A stretch of 64,000 bases of DNA from Tubiluchus corallicola. Its lineage: Eukaryota; Animalia; Priapulida. Where the stretch lies: contig JAQGDQ010000804.1 in the NCBI GenBank assembly GCA_030141605.1, positions 1 through 64,000 of the forward strand. Direction: 5' to 3'. Each line of letters opens with the position of its first letter. Positions within the stretch are counted from its first letter, which is position 1. This document shows, piece after piece, positions 37,601-48,050 of this stretch. Position numbers and translations under genes: made by a program. The notes below the pieces were generated by a model. That model saw nothing but the letters and a program-made list of their open reading frames with translations. It made no database searches and was not told the DNA's origin.

Positions 37601-38977
37601 CGGTGGCCAAGAAAGATCAGGAAATATGAAGAATCTTTGGAATTTTGCGTATGACATAAAAATCAGTATCAGTAACGGCCAGATACACAGAGATATTGTG
37701 ACAGTGCTGAATGTAAAATTGAGTGCTCTAACTAGAGGTTCTAATCCGAATAAGCGATGCTCATTTTTAATGATAATTTCTTAACACAATTTAACGTAAC
37801 ATTGATTTGAAATTTTGATATTTCCTTCTACTTGTAGAGGTCGTCGAAAAGGGACACAACGACACGATTTCTATATTTCGCTCTTTAAGATTTTCTATAT
37901 TGCTCAGTGCTGCAAACCTTTGATCTAGTACGGTTATGGGCATTGTAATTTTCTCTTTTGGTTTTGTACATTTCGTTGTATATTTTTAGTTTATAGAATA
38001 AAAACTACTGTACTTTTCTTTATGTATACGAGATTATTTATTTACACGCTAGCTGGATCTAACTCACATAATAGTCTTTATTATATATATGCAAGCGTTT
38101 TCTTTGCAACGAAGCAGTAGTAATAGTTTGATCAATATCCTATAGTTATGCGTTCTTATGTCTAACCTACAGCGCGCCTTTTTTGAGATTAGCAGTTACT
38201 AAACTAATATAATTAGGGCAACTTTACTTAAATCAAATTGGATAACGTCTGCTGACATTGCGCTTTATAATTTGCTGTTACCAACTATTTTGGCAAGTTT
38301 CTTGTGAAATATTACATCTCTTCTGAAGTATTAGCAACAAAAGTTTTTATTCTCGCTAAGTGAATCATAGGTTCAATTGTTGTTGCAGGTTAAAAACGTC
38401 AGTTAAACGATATCTGTTTGCTTCTTATATAAACTAGTCTTGATAACCACCTATTGTTCCTGTGTGACACAACAGTCACAACTTTGTGTTCTTTTTGAGT
38501 AAAATTCAGAGTGCTTCGTCATCTCATGAGCCGAATCTCCACAAGCCACTCTCCCTACCCTTTTGAACATTCTTTTATCCATCACTTCTATCCTTACTTT
38601 GCCCAACTCTTTTTTTAAATTGCCTAAAAACCTTCGGTTTTTTTGTTCTTTTTTTTAACAACCTAACGAGTTTTACTTCTGGTTCTTGCCATTTATTATG
38701 TGCACGCTGTCATATAATCATTATTATTAATATCTATTTTTTCCCAGTGTTTCTTGATATTGTATTTGTATTTACATTTCCAAATAAATTTATTATTATT
38801 ATAAAAATTGCACAATTGTATTCGGAATTTTTTTTTCAAAAAACATTCACAACAAAGTGTCCGGTGCCCAAACTACCGTGTCCACGTTCTGATTTTGAAT
38901 TGCTGGACTAAGCTACAGTCCAGATAACAGACTGACGTGCCAGCTTCTTTGTAAAAAACAGAAAAAGTTAATAGTGA

Positions 38978-38991
38978 TCTTTTTATTTCAG
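38978..38991 (+). promoter_or_regulatory. Candidate 3' splice acceptor upstream of SPTSS
   Basis: TCTTTTTATTTCAG. Confidence 0.55.
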
Positions 38992-39066
38992 CATGCTATG
39001 ACTGTAACTGGATTTCTCTGAGCAAAGTGTGATGTTAGTCCATGTTGGTCATTAGATCAGTGAAAA

Positions 39067-39354
39067 ATGGACACTGTTAATTCAAGTGAACTGAACTCTA
39101 CAGAAGACAGATCTGGTTTAGGAGTACAAAGGAGACGCGGACTTCATGAACGATTCTTGTCGTACATTCACTGGCTATATCTGCAATACCTCCTGGGAAC
39201 AGCGTTGTACATGTTGGAGCCCTGGGAACAGGCCGTATTTAATTCAGTAATTGTCGTCATTTTTTGCATGTCTGTTTACACAACTTACGTGTTCTTGCCT
39301 CAGTACACTAGGAATTTATTGGTATATGCAGGCATTTCAGACAGCTTGTTATAA
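39067..39354 (+). CDS. SPTSSA: Serine palmitoyltransferase small subunit (SPTSSA/SPTSSB family), 95 aa, intronless
   Basis: WLYLQYLLGTALYMLEPWEQAVFNS...YTTYVFLPQ matches the family signature. Confidence 0.93.
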   Translation: MDTVNSSELNSTEDRSGLGVQRRRGLHERFLSYIHWLYLQYLLGTALYMLEPWEQAVFNSVIVVIFCMSVYTTYVFLPQYTRNLLVYAGISDSLL

Positions 39355-39369
39355 ATCCTTGTCTCACAG
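39355..39369 (+). promoter_or_regulatory. Candidate 3' splice acceptor between SPTSS and AIRIM
   Basis: ATCCTTGTCTCACAG directly after the TAA; no ATG between it and 39402. Confidence 0.65.
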
Positions 39370-39401
39370 AGTGTGATTTAGAAGATTTCTGTTATTGGAT
39401 T

Positions 39402-40001
39402 ATGCAAAAAGCCTTGTTTGCTGAAGCGCAGACATTTTTTAGTGTTGCTAGGCAACAGGTATCCGCTTGGAAAGAAGTTATTAATTCAGGAGAAACAAAC
39501 TTCAATAATTTGGAAAATTTTGCTGAGCAGCTTTCCGTCATAAAACTCACATCGGCCGAGTCATCAGACATATTATTGCAGTTTCCCGATGTGAAAGACA
39601 AAGTGATTGTTAAAATTCTGGAAGCTTGTGAAGGGCAGACGGCTCAGCTGTTGGAGAAGTTGCAAAAACTTGGCGAGATCTCCGTGCAAGTAACACAGAA
39701 CGCTGACAAAGTTGAAGAAGTTTATCAGGCATCAGATTTGCCGTTAGACGTGATTCTTCAAGCGACCGCTACACTTCCGTCGGTTGCAGATATACTAGAG
39801 TTTGTGAATCGATATAAAACGGTTTTCTCTAACGAACATGAGAACAAGACGAACTATTTGCAAAAGTTAGATTACTGGAACGTTGACGTACTTCGAAGAA
39901 TTAAAAACCTGTGGCTAAAAACTAGAGCAATTGACGAACTGGAAAAGAAGGTGGCGCCATACCTTGTCTATTTTATGAAAGAAAATTTCAAAACAGGATA
40001 A
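39402..40001 (+). CDS. AIRIM: C1orf109/AIRIM (AFG2-interacting ribosome maturation factor) orthologue, 199 aa, intronless
   Basis: Length about 200 aa; motifs QQ..W, LENFAEQL, FPDVK, LQ.TA..PSVADILE and terminal V.F are collinear with human C1orf109 as recalled. Confidence 0.85.
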   Translation: MQKALFAEAQTFFSVARQQVSAWKEVINSGETNFNNLENFAEQLSVIKLTSAESSDILLQFPDVKDKVIVKILEACEGQTAQLLEKLQKLGEISVQVTQNADKVEEVYQASDLPLDVILQATATLPSVADILEFVNRYKTVFSNEHENKTNYLQKLDYWNVDVLRRIKNLWLKTRAIDELEKKVAPYLVYFMKENFKTG

Positions 40002-40016
40002 TCTTTTTTGCTTTAG
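40002..40016 (+). promoter_or_regulatory. Candidate 3' splice acceptor between AIRIM and OTUD6B
   Basis: TCTTTTTTGCTTTAG directly after the TAA; no ATG between it and 40070. Confidence 0.72.
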
Positions 40017-40069
40017 CTACTGTTACCGCTCAGTTTTTTCCGGCACTGATTGCCGTGACTGTTCCCGTA

Positions 40070-40948
40070 ATGGCAGAAAGCTCTGAAGATCTTCAGCAAA
40101 GACACAGACAAGAGCGGAAAGAGTTGCAGAGTTACATCCAGCAGTTGAAGCACGCCGTTCCAAAAGGCGACAAAAAGAAGAAAAAAGAAGTAACCGCGGA
40201 AGTAGCCAGGCTGACGGCAGAACTGGAAGAAAAACAGGCAAAGGAAAGTGCGGGTTCGAATCCGGAGAGAATCCTGGAAGATGAAATGAAGAAGCTGAGT
40301 GTCGACTCCAGTGACGTAAACTCTCCCCGCGAACAAGCCGAGATCACAGATAGACAAAAGAAAAAGTCAAAGGCACAGAAGAGGAGAGAAAAAAAAGCTG
40401 AGATGGAAAAAGAGAGAGAAAGGAACATCGCGGAACAAGAAGAGGAGAACTTACTTGGTTCGCGAAACGTAGAAGCGCAGAAACTTGCCTCTCTTTTAGC
40501 TTCTAGAGGTTTAGCGATACATGAGGTTCCTTCCGATGGAAATTGCTTGTACAATGCAATAAGCCATCAGCTAAACCTCAAAGGCAAATTCTTAAACGTT
40601 CAGACGTTGAGACGGTTGACATCTCAGTACATGGTCTCTCATCCTGACACTTTTCTTCCCTTTCTTGTCAATCATGACACGGGGGAACTGCTGAGCGCCG
40701 ACGATTACGACTCGTACTGCGACGACATCGCCAACACGACCGCGTGGGCCGGACAGCCCGAGATCCGAGCCGTTACGCAAGTCCTGGAGGCGGCGATCGA
40801 AATCTTGCAAGCGGATGGTCCCTTGATCATCATAGGTGAAGAATTTGCTCATAAGGAATCACTCAGTATCACTTATCATCGACATGCTTATGGTTTAGGA
40901 GAACATTATAACTCTACTTTACCATTAACAGAAAACTCCGACAGTTAA
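40070..40948 (+). CDS. OTUD6B: OTU deubiquitinase OTUD6B orthologue, 292 aa, intronless
   Basis: RHRQERKELQ N-terminus, SKAQKRREKK, catalytic PSDGNCLY and YHRHAYGLGEHYNS; first ATG is 40070 (the track starts at an upstream GTG). Confidence 0.96.
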   Translation: MAESSEDLQQRHRQERKELQSYIQQLKHAVPKGDKKKKKEVTAEVARLTAELEEKQAKESAGSNPERILEDEMKKLSVDSSDVNSPREQAEITDRQKKKSKAQKRREKKAEMEKERERNIAEQEEENLLGSRNVEAQKLASLLASRGLAIHEVPSDGNCLYNAISHQLNLKGKFLNVQTLRRLTSQYMVSHPDTFLPFLVNHDTGELLSADDYDSYCDDIANTTAWAGQPEIRAVTQVLEAAIEILQADGPLIIIGEEFAHKESLSITYHRHAYGLGEHYNSTLPLTENSDS

Positions 40949-41144
40949 TGAAGTAAGAAGGCTATGAATATGTAATGTTCGTGGCACTGATTGGTTTAAT
41001 GTAGCCACAATTTGAATTTGTTTTGTGATGAATCACTGATTACTCATTTTGATAGCAATGGTGTGCATTGGAAGTTTTGTATGCAATTATTGTAGCACAT
41101 TGATTTTGATGATAATGATGGGCCATTTGATTTTTTTGTGGTAA

Positions 41145-41150
41145 AATAAA
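41145..41150 (+). terminator. Candidate poly(A) signal for the three-ORF cluster
   Basis: AATAAA about 200 nt after the OTUD6B stop, followed by T/GT-rich sequence. Confidence 0.6.
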
Positions 41151-42185
41151 CATGCTTTTTATCACTCATATTTGTTCAACATTTTTTGTTTATTCACCCT
41201 TATTTGTTCTATTTAAAAAAAGCAAAACTTTGGTGAGATACAGAGCCCAGAACTTCTCAGCAAGTTATATATATAATATGATATCCGTCATTTCTATATA
41301 ATTGTGCAATCCAGCACTCAATGACAAGACCTACTCATTGTAGATGGTTGAGGTTGGACTGGAATCTAGCTGATCAACAAGGCTAAGCTTCTAGAACAAG
41401 ACAGTGTTCAGATGTAGGTGTCTTAGCCATGTTCAGATGTGAATATGTCATCTCTCTACGAGGATATTATATACATAGCTTGCAATAAACGCAGCTCTCA
41501 TAGTTTTCAAGCATATATTTATTTTACACATACATTTTACTCAGTTCAGTTTCTATCTGGTTGGTTAAACATGGTTAAAGTTATTGACTTCAGTTTAGTA
41601 ATGAAATTCTCACTTCCCGCGCAATCCTAGGGTCTAACATCAGTGGCAGCTCCTGCATAGGCACTGTGGAACTGCAGCGCCCCCTGCAGTTCTTTACTCG
41701 ATATTATCAATAACATACAATATTATGAGTCTTTTTCTTTAATTCTTTCTTTATACTTGTACATTCTTCAATCCTTAAGCTTAATGTCACTAGCCATCCC
41801 CTAGCTCAAGAAAAAAACCACAAAAATCCTTGTATGGCTTCATAGCTCCACGGAAGTGAGCTTCATAGCTCACTTTGTTTGGCTGTTGTGAGCATACGGC
41901 TATGCACTGATGTCCAAGATAAGAAGCTGCACGCTACGTAGAGAAAGCACTGTCGCTCACACAGTGCCGACCCTGTTTTTGCAAGTGTAAGGTAGTGTTT
42001 CTTTCTCGTGTTTCTTTTATACGTTTGTTTTGTTTTTCACAATATTAAAACAATGGCTAAAAATCTTTTGAAGCAACGCCCTCACCAACTTCCACTGTCT
42101 AACGTGGTTTACACATTCAAATGAGGAATCATCGTCAAATCAAGTCACTCAGCTCAGTCACTTTTGAATTTGCTTAATATAACTG

Positions 42186-44000
42186 CTATTTATTAGCATG
42201 TTTTTTTACGCTGTGAATTTTTAAACCATGCATGTGTCGAAATGCTGCTCCACATTCAGTACAGATGCATGGTTCTTCTTTTGAGTGAACTCTCCTCGTG
42301 TGCTTGTTTAAATAAGTTGCATCAGCGAAAGCTAGAGAACACTCGGTGCACTTAAATGGTTTTCTACCCGTATGACTGCTCATATGTATTTTTAAGTTTG
42401 CCGAGTATCGATAAGCTGCACCACACTCGCTGCAAATGTATGGCCTTTCCTGTGTGTGAACCCTCATGTGCCTTTTCAAATGAGTTGTATCAACAAAAGC
42501 TGATGAACATTCAGTGCACTTGTAAGGTTTTTCTCCAGTGTGAATTCTTAAATGTGTTTTTAAACTAGCAGACTGACTAAAAGCATGTTGACATAAAGTA
42601 CATTTAAAAGGTTTTTCACCTGTATGCACCCTCATGTGTATTTTTAAAGTGTGAGATTCGAAAAAGCTTGCTGGACACTGAGTGCATTTACATGGCTTCT
42701 CAGAAGAATGAGTTCTCATGTGTTTTTTCAAAACATTGGGACAATTAAATGAAGAGCTGCAAATGCTACACTTGAATGGCTTCAACCCAATATGGCTCAA
42801 TATGTGTCTCCTCAAAGAAACTAACTGAGCAAAAGTGGCATTGCACTTATCACATTTATAAGGTTTTACTCCTGTGTGAGTTCTCATATGTGTCTTAAGG
42901 TGTGCCATGTCAATAAAAGAGGCTTCACATTTATCACACTTGTACGGCTTTCTGCCTATGTGAATCAGTAAATGTTTCTTTAAGCTAGATGAATACCCAA
43001 AGACTGCTTGGCATTTGTCACATTTGTAAGGTTTCTCACCCGTATGGCTCCTCTTATGTGAGGTTAAATGTGACGAGTGAATGAAAGCAGCACAACACTT
43101 GTCACATTTAAATGGTCTTTCTCCTGTGTGAATCATCACATGCTTTTTCAAACTGAAAGCATGACCAAAGGAAGCTTGACATTGGTCACACTTAAATGGC
43201 TTATCTCCAGTATGCATCTTTAAGTGCCTTTTCAGATAACATTCCCAGGAGAAACTGGCATTGCAGTGGCTACACTTAAAACGCTTTGCAGATCCAGTGT
43301 GAATCTTCATGTGAGTAATCAAGTGAGTAGAGTGACTAAATGTCACATGACACAGCCGGCATTGAAAAAGCTGAGTCACCAAATGTTTTCTCAAATGCTT
43401 CTTCAAGGTGGATTTGACAGAAAAAGCAGAATTACATTGACTACATTTATAAGGTCTTTCGCCCGTGTGACTTCTTCCGTGTACCTTCAAGCCTGACAAG
43501 TCCCTAAAGGCTGCTGCACATTCAGTGCATTTAAATGGCTTATCTCCCGTGTGAGATTTAACATGTCGTTTCAAGCTGGACTTATGATTGAAAGACGTCT
43601 CACACATATCACACTGAAATTTCTTCTCACAGCTGTGGGTTCTCAAGTGTGAGGAAGTTTTGAAAACCGACAGACATAGGAGACAAGCGAATGGTGGTCT
43701 TTCTAGTTCTGCTGCTTTTGAAGAGGATCCGTCATTTTGTCCATCCAACAGATTTTCTTCAAACTTTACATCATCATTTGTAAGAGAGTCTTCTTCAAAC
43801 TTTGTAAAGTTATCGAGATCATCAACTTCACATTCTTTATCATCAACTTTCCCACCTTCTAACTGGTATGACGAATCTGGATCATACTTCACAGCATTGT
43901 CACTAACGCTAACATCGCACGCTTCGTCGCAAACTTCCGATGCTGGCTCAATTTTAATTAGAAAGCTTTCCAGTTGATAAACATTATGATGGGTATCCAT
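42186..44000 (-). CDS. C2H2 zinc-finger protein, 604 aa, 17 intact fingers plus one degenerate, single coding exon
   Basis: Repeated CxxC-x12-HxxxH with TGEKP-type linkers; acidic N-terminus; acceptor TTTCATCCCTTACAG about 50 nt upstream of the ATG. Confidence 0.95.
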   Translation of the reverse strand: MDTHHNVYQLESFLIKIEPASEVCDEACDVSVSDNAVKYDPDSSYQLEGGKVDDKECEVDDLDNFTKFEEDSLTNDDVKFEENLLDGQNDGSSSKAAELERPPFACLLCLSVFKTSSHLRTHSCEKKFQCDMCETSFNHKSSLKRHVKSHTGDKPFKCTECAAAFRDLSGLKVHGRSHTGERPYKCSQCNSAFSVKSTLKKHLRKHLVTQLFQCRLCHVTFSHSTHLITHMKIHTGSAKRFKCSHCNASFSWECYLKRHLKMHTGDKPFKCDQCQASFGHAFSLKKHVMIHTGERPFKCDKCCAAFIHSSHLTSHKRSHTGEKPYKCDKCQAVFGYSSSLKKHLLIHIGRKPYKCDKCEASFIDMAHLKTHMRTHTGVKPYKCDKCNATFAQLVSLRRHILSHIGLKPFKCSICSSSFNCPNVLKKHMRTHSSEKPCKCTQCPASFFESHTLKIHMRVHTGEKPFKCTLCQHAFSQSASLKTHLRIHTGEKPYKCTECSSAFVDTTHLKRHMRVHTQERPYICSECGAAYRYSANLKIHMSSHTGRKPFKCTECSLAFADATYLNKHTRRVHSKEEPCICTECGAAFRHMHGLKIHSVKKHANK

Positions 44001-44454
44001 GACGACCAGTTAGTGCTCAAGCATCAGCTGATTAGATGATTTTTGTCATTCCTGTAAGGGATGAAATTGTTTAATTTTAATTGCGGATGCATTAAGACAT
44101 AGCAAATAAATGATCCAAGGTGAAAATAATATTATAGCATTAACAATTTCGTAAAGACAATTCTTACAAGACGACTTTAAAAATGTTCCAGGTAATGTTG
44201 TTACCCATTGTTCGACAGTGGTATAGATTTTACGTGTAAATTCTGTTAGCCTGCTATCATTTGAGGATCAATAAACGAAAAATATGTAGAATGTCTATGC
44301 AGTATTGATCATTGGTAGACAGACTAATAGCATGTATTATAGCACGCAGTTTTGACTTTGTGCAAAATGTTTTGGATGGTTTTGTTGTGATTGTGTGCTG
44401 TTGGTGTTGGTACTGTAGGTGTCGTCATTGTTGTCATCATCATCATCATCACCA

Positions 44455-44822
44455 TGGTAGATGTGGTGAGTGTGCTGTGAATGGTGTGGTGGGAAAGTAA
44501 GGTGGGTGTGGTGTAGTTTGGTCTCGGTGGTGTGGTGTAGTTTGGTCTGGGTGGTGTGGTATTGATGGTGTGGTATGGGTGATATGGTGCGGATAATGTG
44601 GTGTAAAGTGGTGTGGTGTGCTATGGTGTGATGTTGTGGTATGGTGTGGAGCGTGTTGCGAGTGGAGCAGTGGGTGGTGTGGTGTTGATGATGTCGTATG
44701 GGTGATATGGTGCGGATAATGTGGTGTGGTGTGCTATGGTGTGATGTTGTGGTATGGTACGGAGCGTGTGTTGCGAGTGGAATAGTGAGTTAGTGTGGTG
44801 TGATGTGGGTTATTGTTGTGAG
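44455..44822. repeat. Degenerate (GGTGT)n low-complexity tract
   Basis: Directly visible. Confidence 0.85.
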
Positions 44823-45959
44823 TTTATGCGCAAATTTTTTTGCAGGGTTTGGCTAGTGTATTATGAATACGGAAACACTCTGTATACTTGCACATCTGAG
44901 TTAAAGAAATCTACGGCCAGGTCTATCGCCACTATGGAGCTGAAAAGTACCTAACAAATTACTCTAAGTAATAATAATATACCGAGTTCATCAAACATTA
45001 TAAAATATGAATAACGACAAATCTGACACTAAATAAACAAAAATATTCTGTATCTTTATTGTTCAGCAGTTGTAAAAATATTATTTATTAGACCATAAAT
45101 GACTAACCAAACAAAAAGAAATCAGATATGCTGTAATATAACATTCAAAAGAAATGCATACGAGTTAAAAATGAGTTTTTGTGACCAAACTTGTGTGCGT
45201 GTTTAAGTTATTTTGCATATATATGCTGTGCTTTTCAATTCTGCATAAAACATTATTTATTGTTGCACATTAGAGTACCTCTACACTTGTTATTAACGGT
45301 ACTGTCTGTCCTATTATTGTTCACGTCTGTGATGTAAAATTCAGTTGAGTGACGTAAAATGAGTTATGAATCAGGTTTATTAACCTTTTTTGATACTGTA
45401 GTAATGTTTTTATTGACTATAATAGTTGTAAGCAGTGACTTGCTTGGGGTGCTATTACAATGGTACAAATTCCCTGCTAATTGAATTTAGAAACCAGAAA
45501 AAATAGGAACTTTGAAATTCGGACACAGCTTGGCTGACTAGTTATAATAATGGACTGTCAGGAGGTTTGGGTAACACGGCAATCTAACGATTATGGTGCT
45601 GCCTTGCGAGCAGATGGTCTATGGTTCAATTCCAGGCTGTGTTATAACTTGTCACGTTTCCTGCATTTCAAAGGTTGGTTTTCATACATTAACTCTGGTA
45701 ATTTTGGGTTTGTGCCATTATGCTGTCCTAGAAATTTTTTTGCCTTGAAATGTTTTAATATTTACTTACTAATGTAACTTTAATTACAGATTATGAAGAC
45801 TTGACATTATCACTACGCTTAGGATGTTATGTATTGGTTTGCTTCTACTTCTGGCAGTAAATAGTGAGCATTTCTGCATGTTTTTTATCTGTATTGTCCA
45901 TTGAATTTAAATGAAAGTTTTTAAAAGTCATCCTAAGTAAGGAAACCTTGAAAGGAAAC

Positions 45960-46510
45960 CTACTGTTTCTTCACATATGCGCCACTAGTTCTTCGCTGTT
46001 ACATGCATTTCACCATTCACTAGAATGATGGCACTAGCATCTGCATTTCGGAAATGCATTGCACAAAAAACAGGTGTTGCATCTCTCAGTTCAAGTGTGT
46101 TAGTGTGTGACTAAATACACACGTTCGACAGTTCAAATATGAGCATGATAAGTTTGAAATTTGTATTTTTATCTTAGAACTTGCCAAGTGACTGCAGTGT
46201 ACAACACACTGAATATTTTACAGTAGCGCTGTACTTCAATTTTTGCTTTCACAAACACGTGCAACACGTTCGTGGAATATTTCTGATCTTGAACATTATG
46301 TCAGTTTGTGACTTCAGTATGTCAGTTTATTTGGGCTCGCCCACCATTAATTAAGTTTTTAGTCTATTATTTAATTATCAGAAACGCTTTTGCAGTATTA
46401 ATTGCGTTAAAATGTATACTTTTTTCCGTACTTGCAAATGGGTTAGTATATGAAAAATCAGCCTGTCTTCCTTTAAAGTCCACGTTTCCTCATCTTACAT
46501 TACAAACAGC
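45960..46510 (+). mobile_element. Unclassified dispersed repeat, copy 1
   Basis: CTTCAATTTTTGCTTTCACAAACACGTGCAACACG...ATTATTTAATTATCAGAAACGCTTTTGCAG recurs at 59340-59660 and inverted at 52620-53090; its left part recurs inverted at 53450-53745. Confidence 0.75.
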
Positions 46511-47804
46511 AGTCTTCTATCCCACTTTGTTATTCTTCTACGGCAATTATTACCGTCATTTACTTCAAACAAGCTTTACATAAATATTTTGTTTAAAAAA
46601 ATGGTATCACTCAAAATTATTAAATAAAGTAAAAAAGTGAAGAGAAATATATAATGATATAGTACAATATTAGTAATAAAAACAGCGATTATAAAAATGT
46701 TAATAGGTCTAATCGATAAACCAGTTATGCTAACTTCAAGCAAAACTTTTTAATAATTCTCGTAAAACATACAAGCGGGAGAAATTAACATGATAATGTC
46801 TACAGTAGAGGCCTAAAAGATCAGAAGCGCATCCAGAAAGGGTTGACTGGACCACTCACTTTTGAGGAAAAAATTAAGTATAATCAAGTATCCAGTTTTA
46901 AAGACAGGCAAATTAACTTAATACTGTAACGCAGTGTTATAGCTTTGCGAAGTCAGGAGAGTTCCTTTTACAAGTTATACAAGTTTATTTATTTATTTAT
47001 TAACTCAGCATCTAACAGTTATAATAAAAATACAGATAATTTCACTGAAGTAAATATAAATATAAATGCAATATTATCCTGAAATTACAAAAGAGATTCT
47101 TATGCAGCATACACATGTGCGAATTACATTACAGAATAATTTTGATGCATACAGTTTGAGCATCACCTTTGCATAACCACGCGTATACACAGACGAATAC
47201 TGTTATTTCAATTGAAAAATTACTTAAAATTCATCACCAACTTTTAAAATTTACAAACTGCAAAAAATATTATCAACTTAAGTCTCGAATTGTTGTTACG
47301 ACAGCTCATATCTTCAAAGACGAAAACCAGCACATTTAATTCACTTTCATTTTTGTGATAAACGCAAATGCCAAACATCAAATCAGTTGCAAATGAAAGA
47401 CGGACGAATGCAAAGGTTCACGATACTTAAGAAAACTAGTGTTGTTATCTTCGTTATTACTAATACTAACTTTATTTAAAACTGAATAGATTTTTTTGGA
47501 AAACAGTCTTTCTCTTCTATATTATTATTTATATGAATAATAAGGGGTTTTTGGGATCCATGTATCGCAACATTAGCTATTAATTTTATCTAATAGCAAA
47601 CTCCGTTGAAAGGAATGGACTGATTAGCCGTGTCATTTTTTTAGATTTTAGAAATTTTACAAAGGAAAAAACGTTAATATACAATTTTTATCGAGACTAC
47701 TGGCATGCCTCTGGACAACAATAGGAAGAAAATGTTGTAATTGTGCTGCCTAGATTAATGGTAAATTTGAGAAACAAAACAGAAGTGCATTAAATGATTT
47801 CTTT

Positions 47805-48050
47805 CTCACACTCACTCACTTTCACATACTCACTCGCTCACACACACATACACATCCTTCCAGAATGAGGACAAGGTACGAAAGGTAAAAATTCAACATG
47901 TTGATGAGGAACACGAACACACACATACACACACACACAAACACACACACACAAACACACACACACACACACACACACGCATATACACTTTCTTCTAGAA
48001 AGAGGACAAACTGCAAAAGGTAGAAATTCAGCATGTTGCTGAGGAATACA
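47805..48050. repeat. (CA)n tract within a short duplicated unit
   Basis: GAGGACAA...AAAGGTA.AAATTCA.CATGTTG.TGAGGAA occurs twice around CA runs. Confidence 0.8.

Noticed and set aside
39067-40948. Single fusion protein or bacterial contaminant operon
   Set aside because: Each ORF has its own start and TAA stop and the spacers (47, 68 nt) shift frame; the proteins are eukaryote-specific and the flanks are continuous with animal repeats
45560-45640. tRNA-like segment (GGTTCAATTCC)
   Set aside because: Only a B-box-like motif; too degenerate to call, probably an old SINE head
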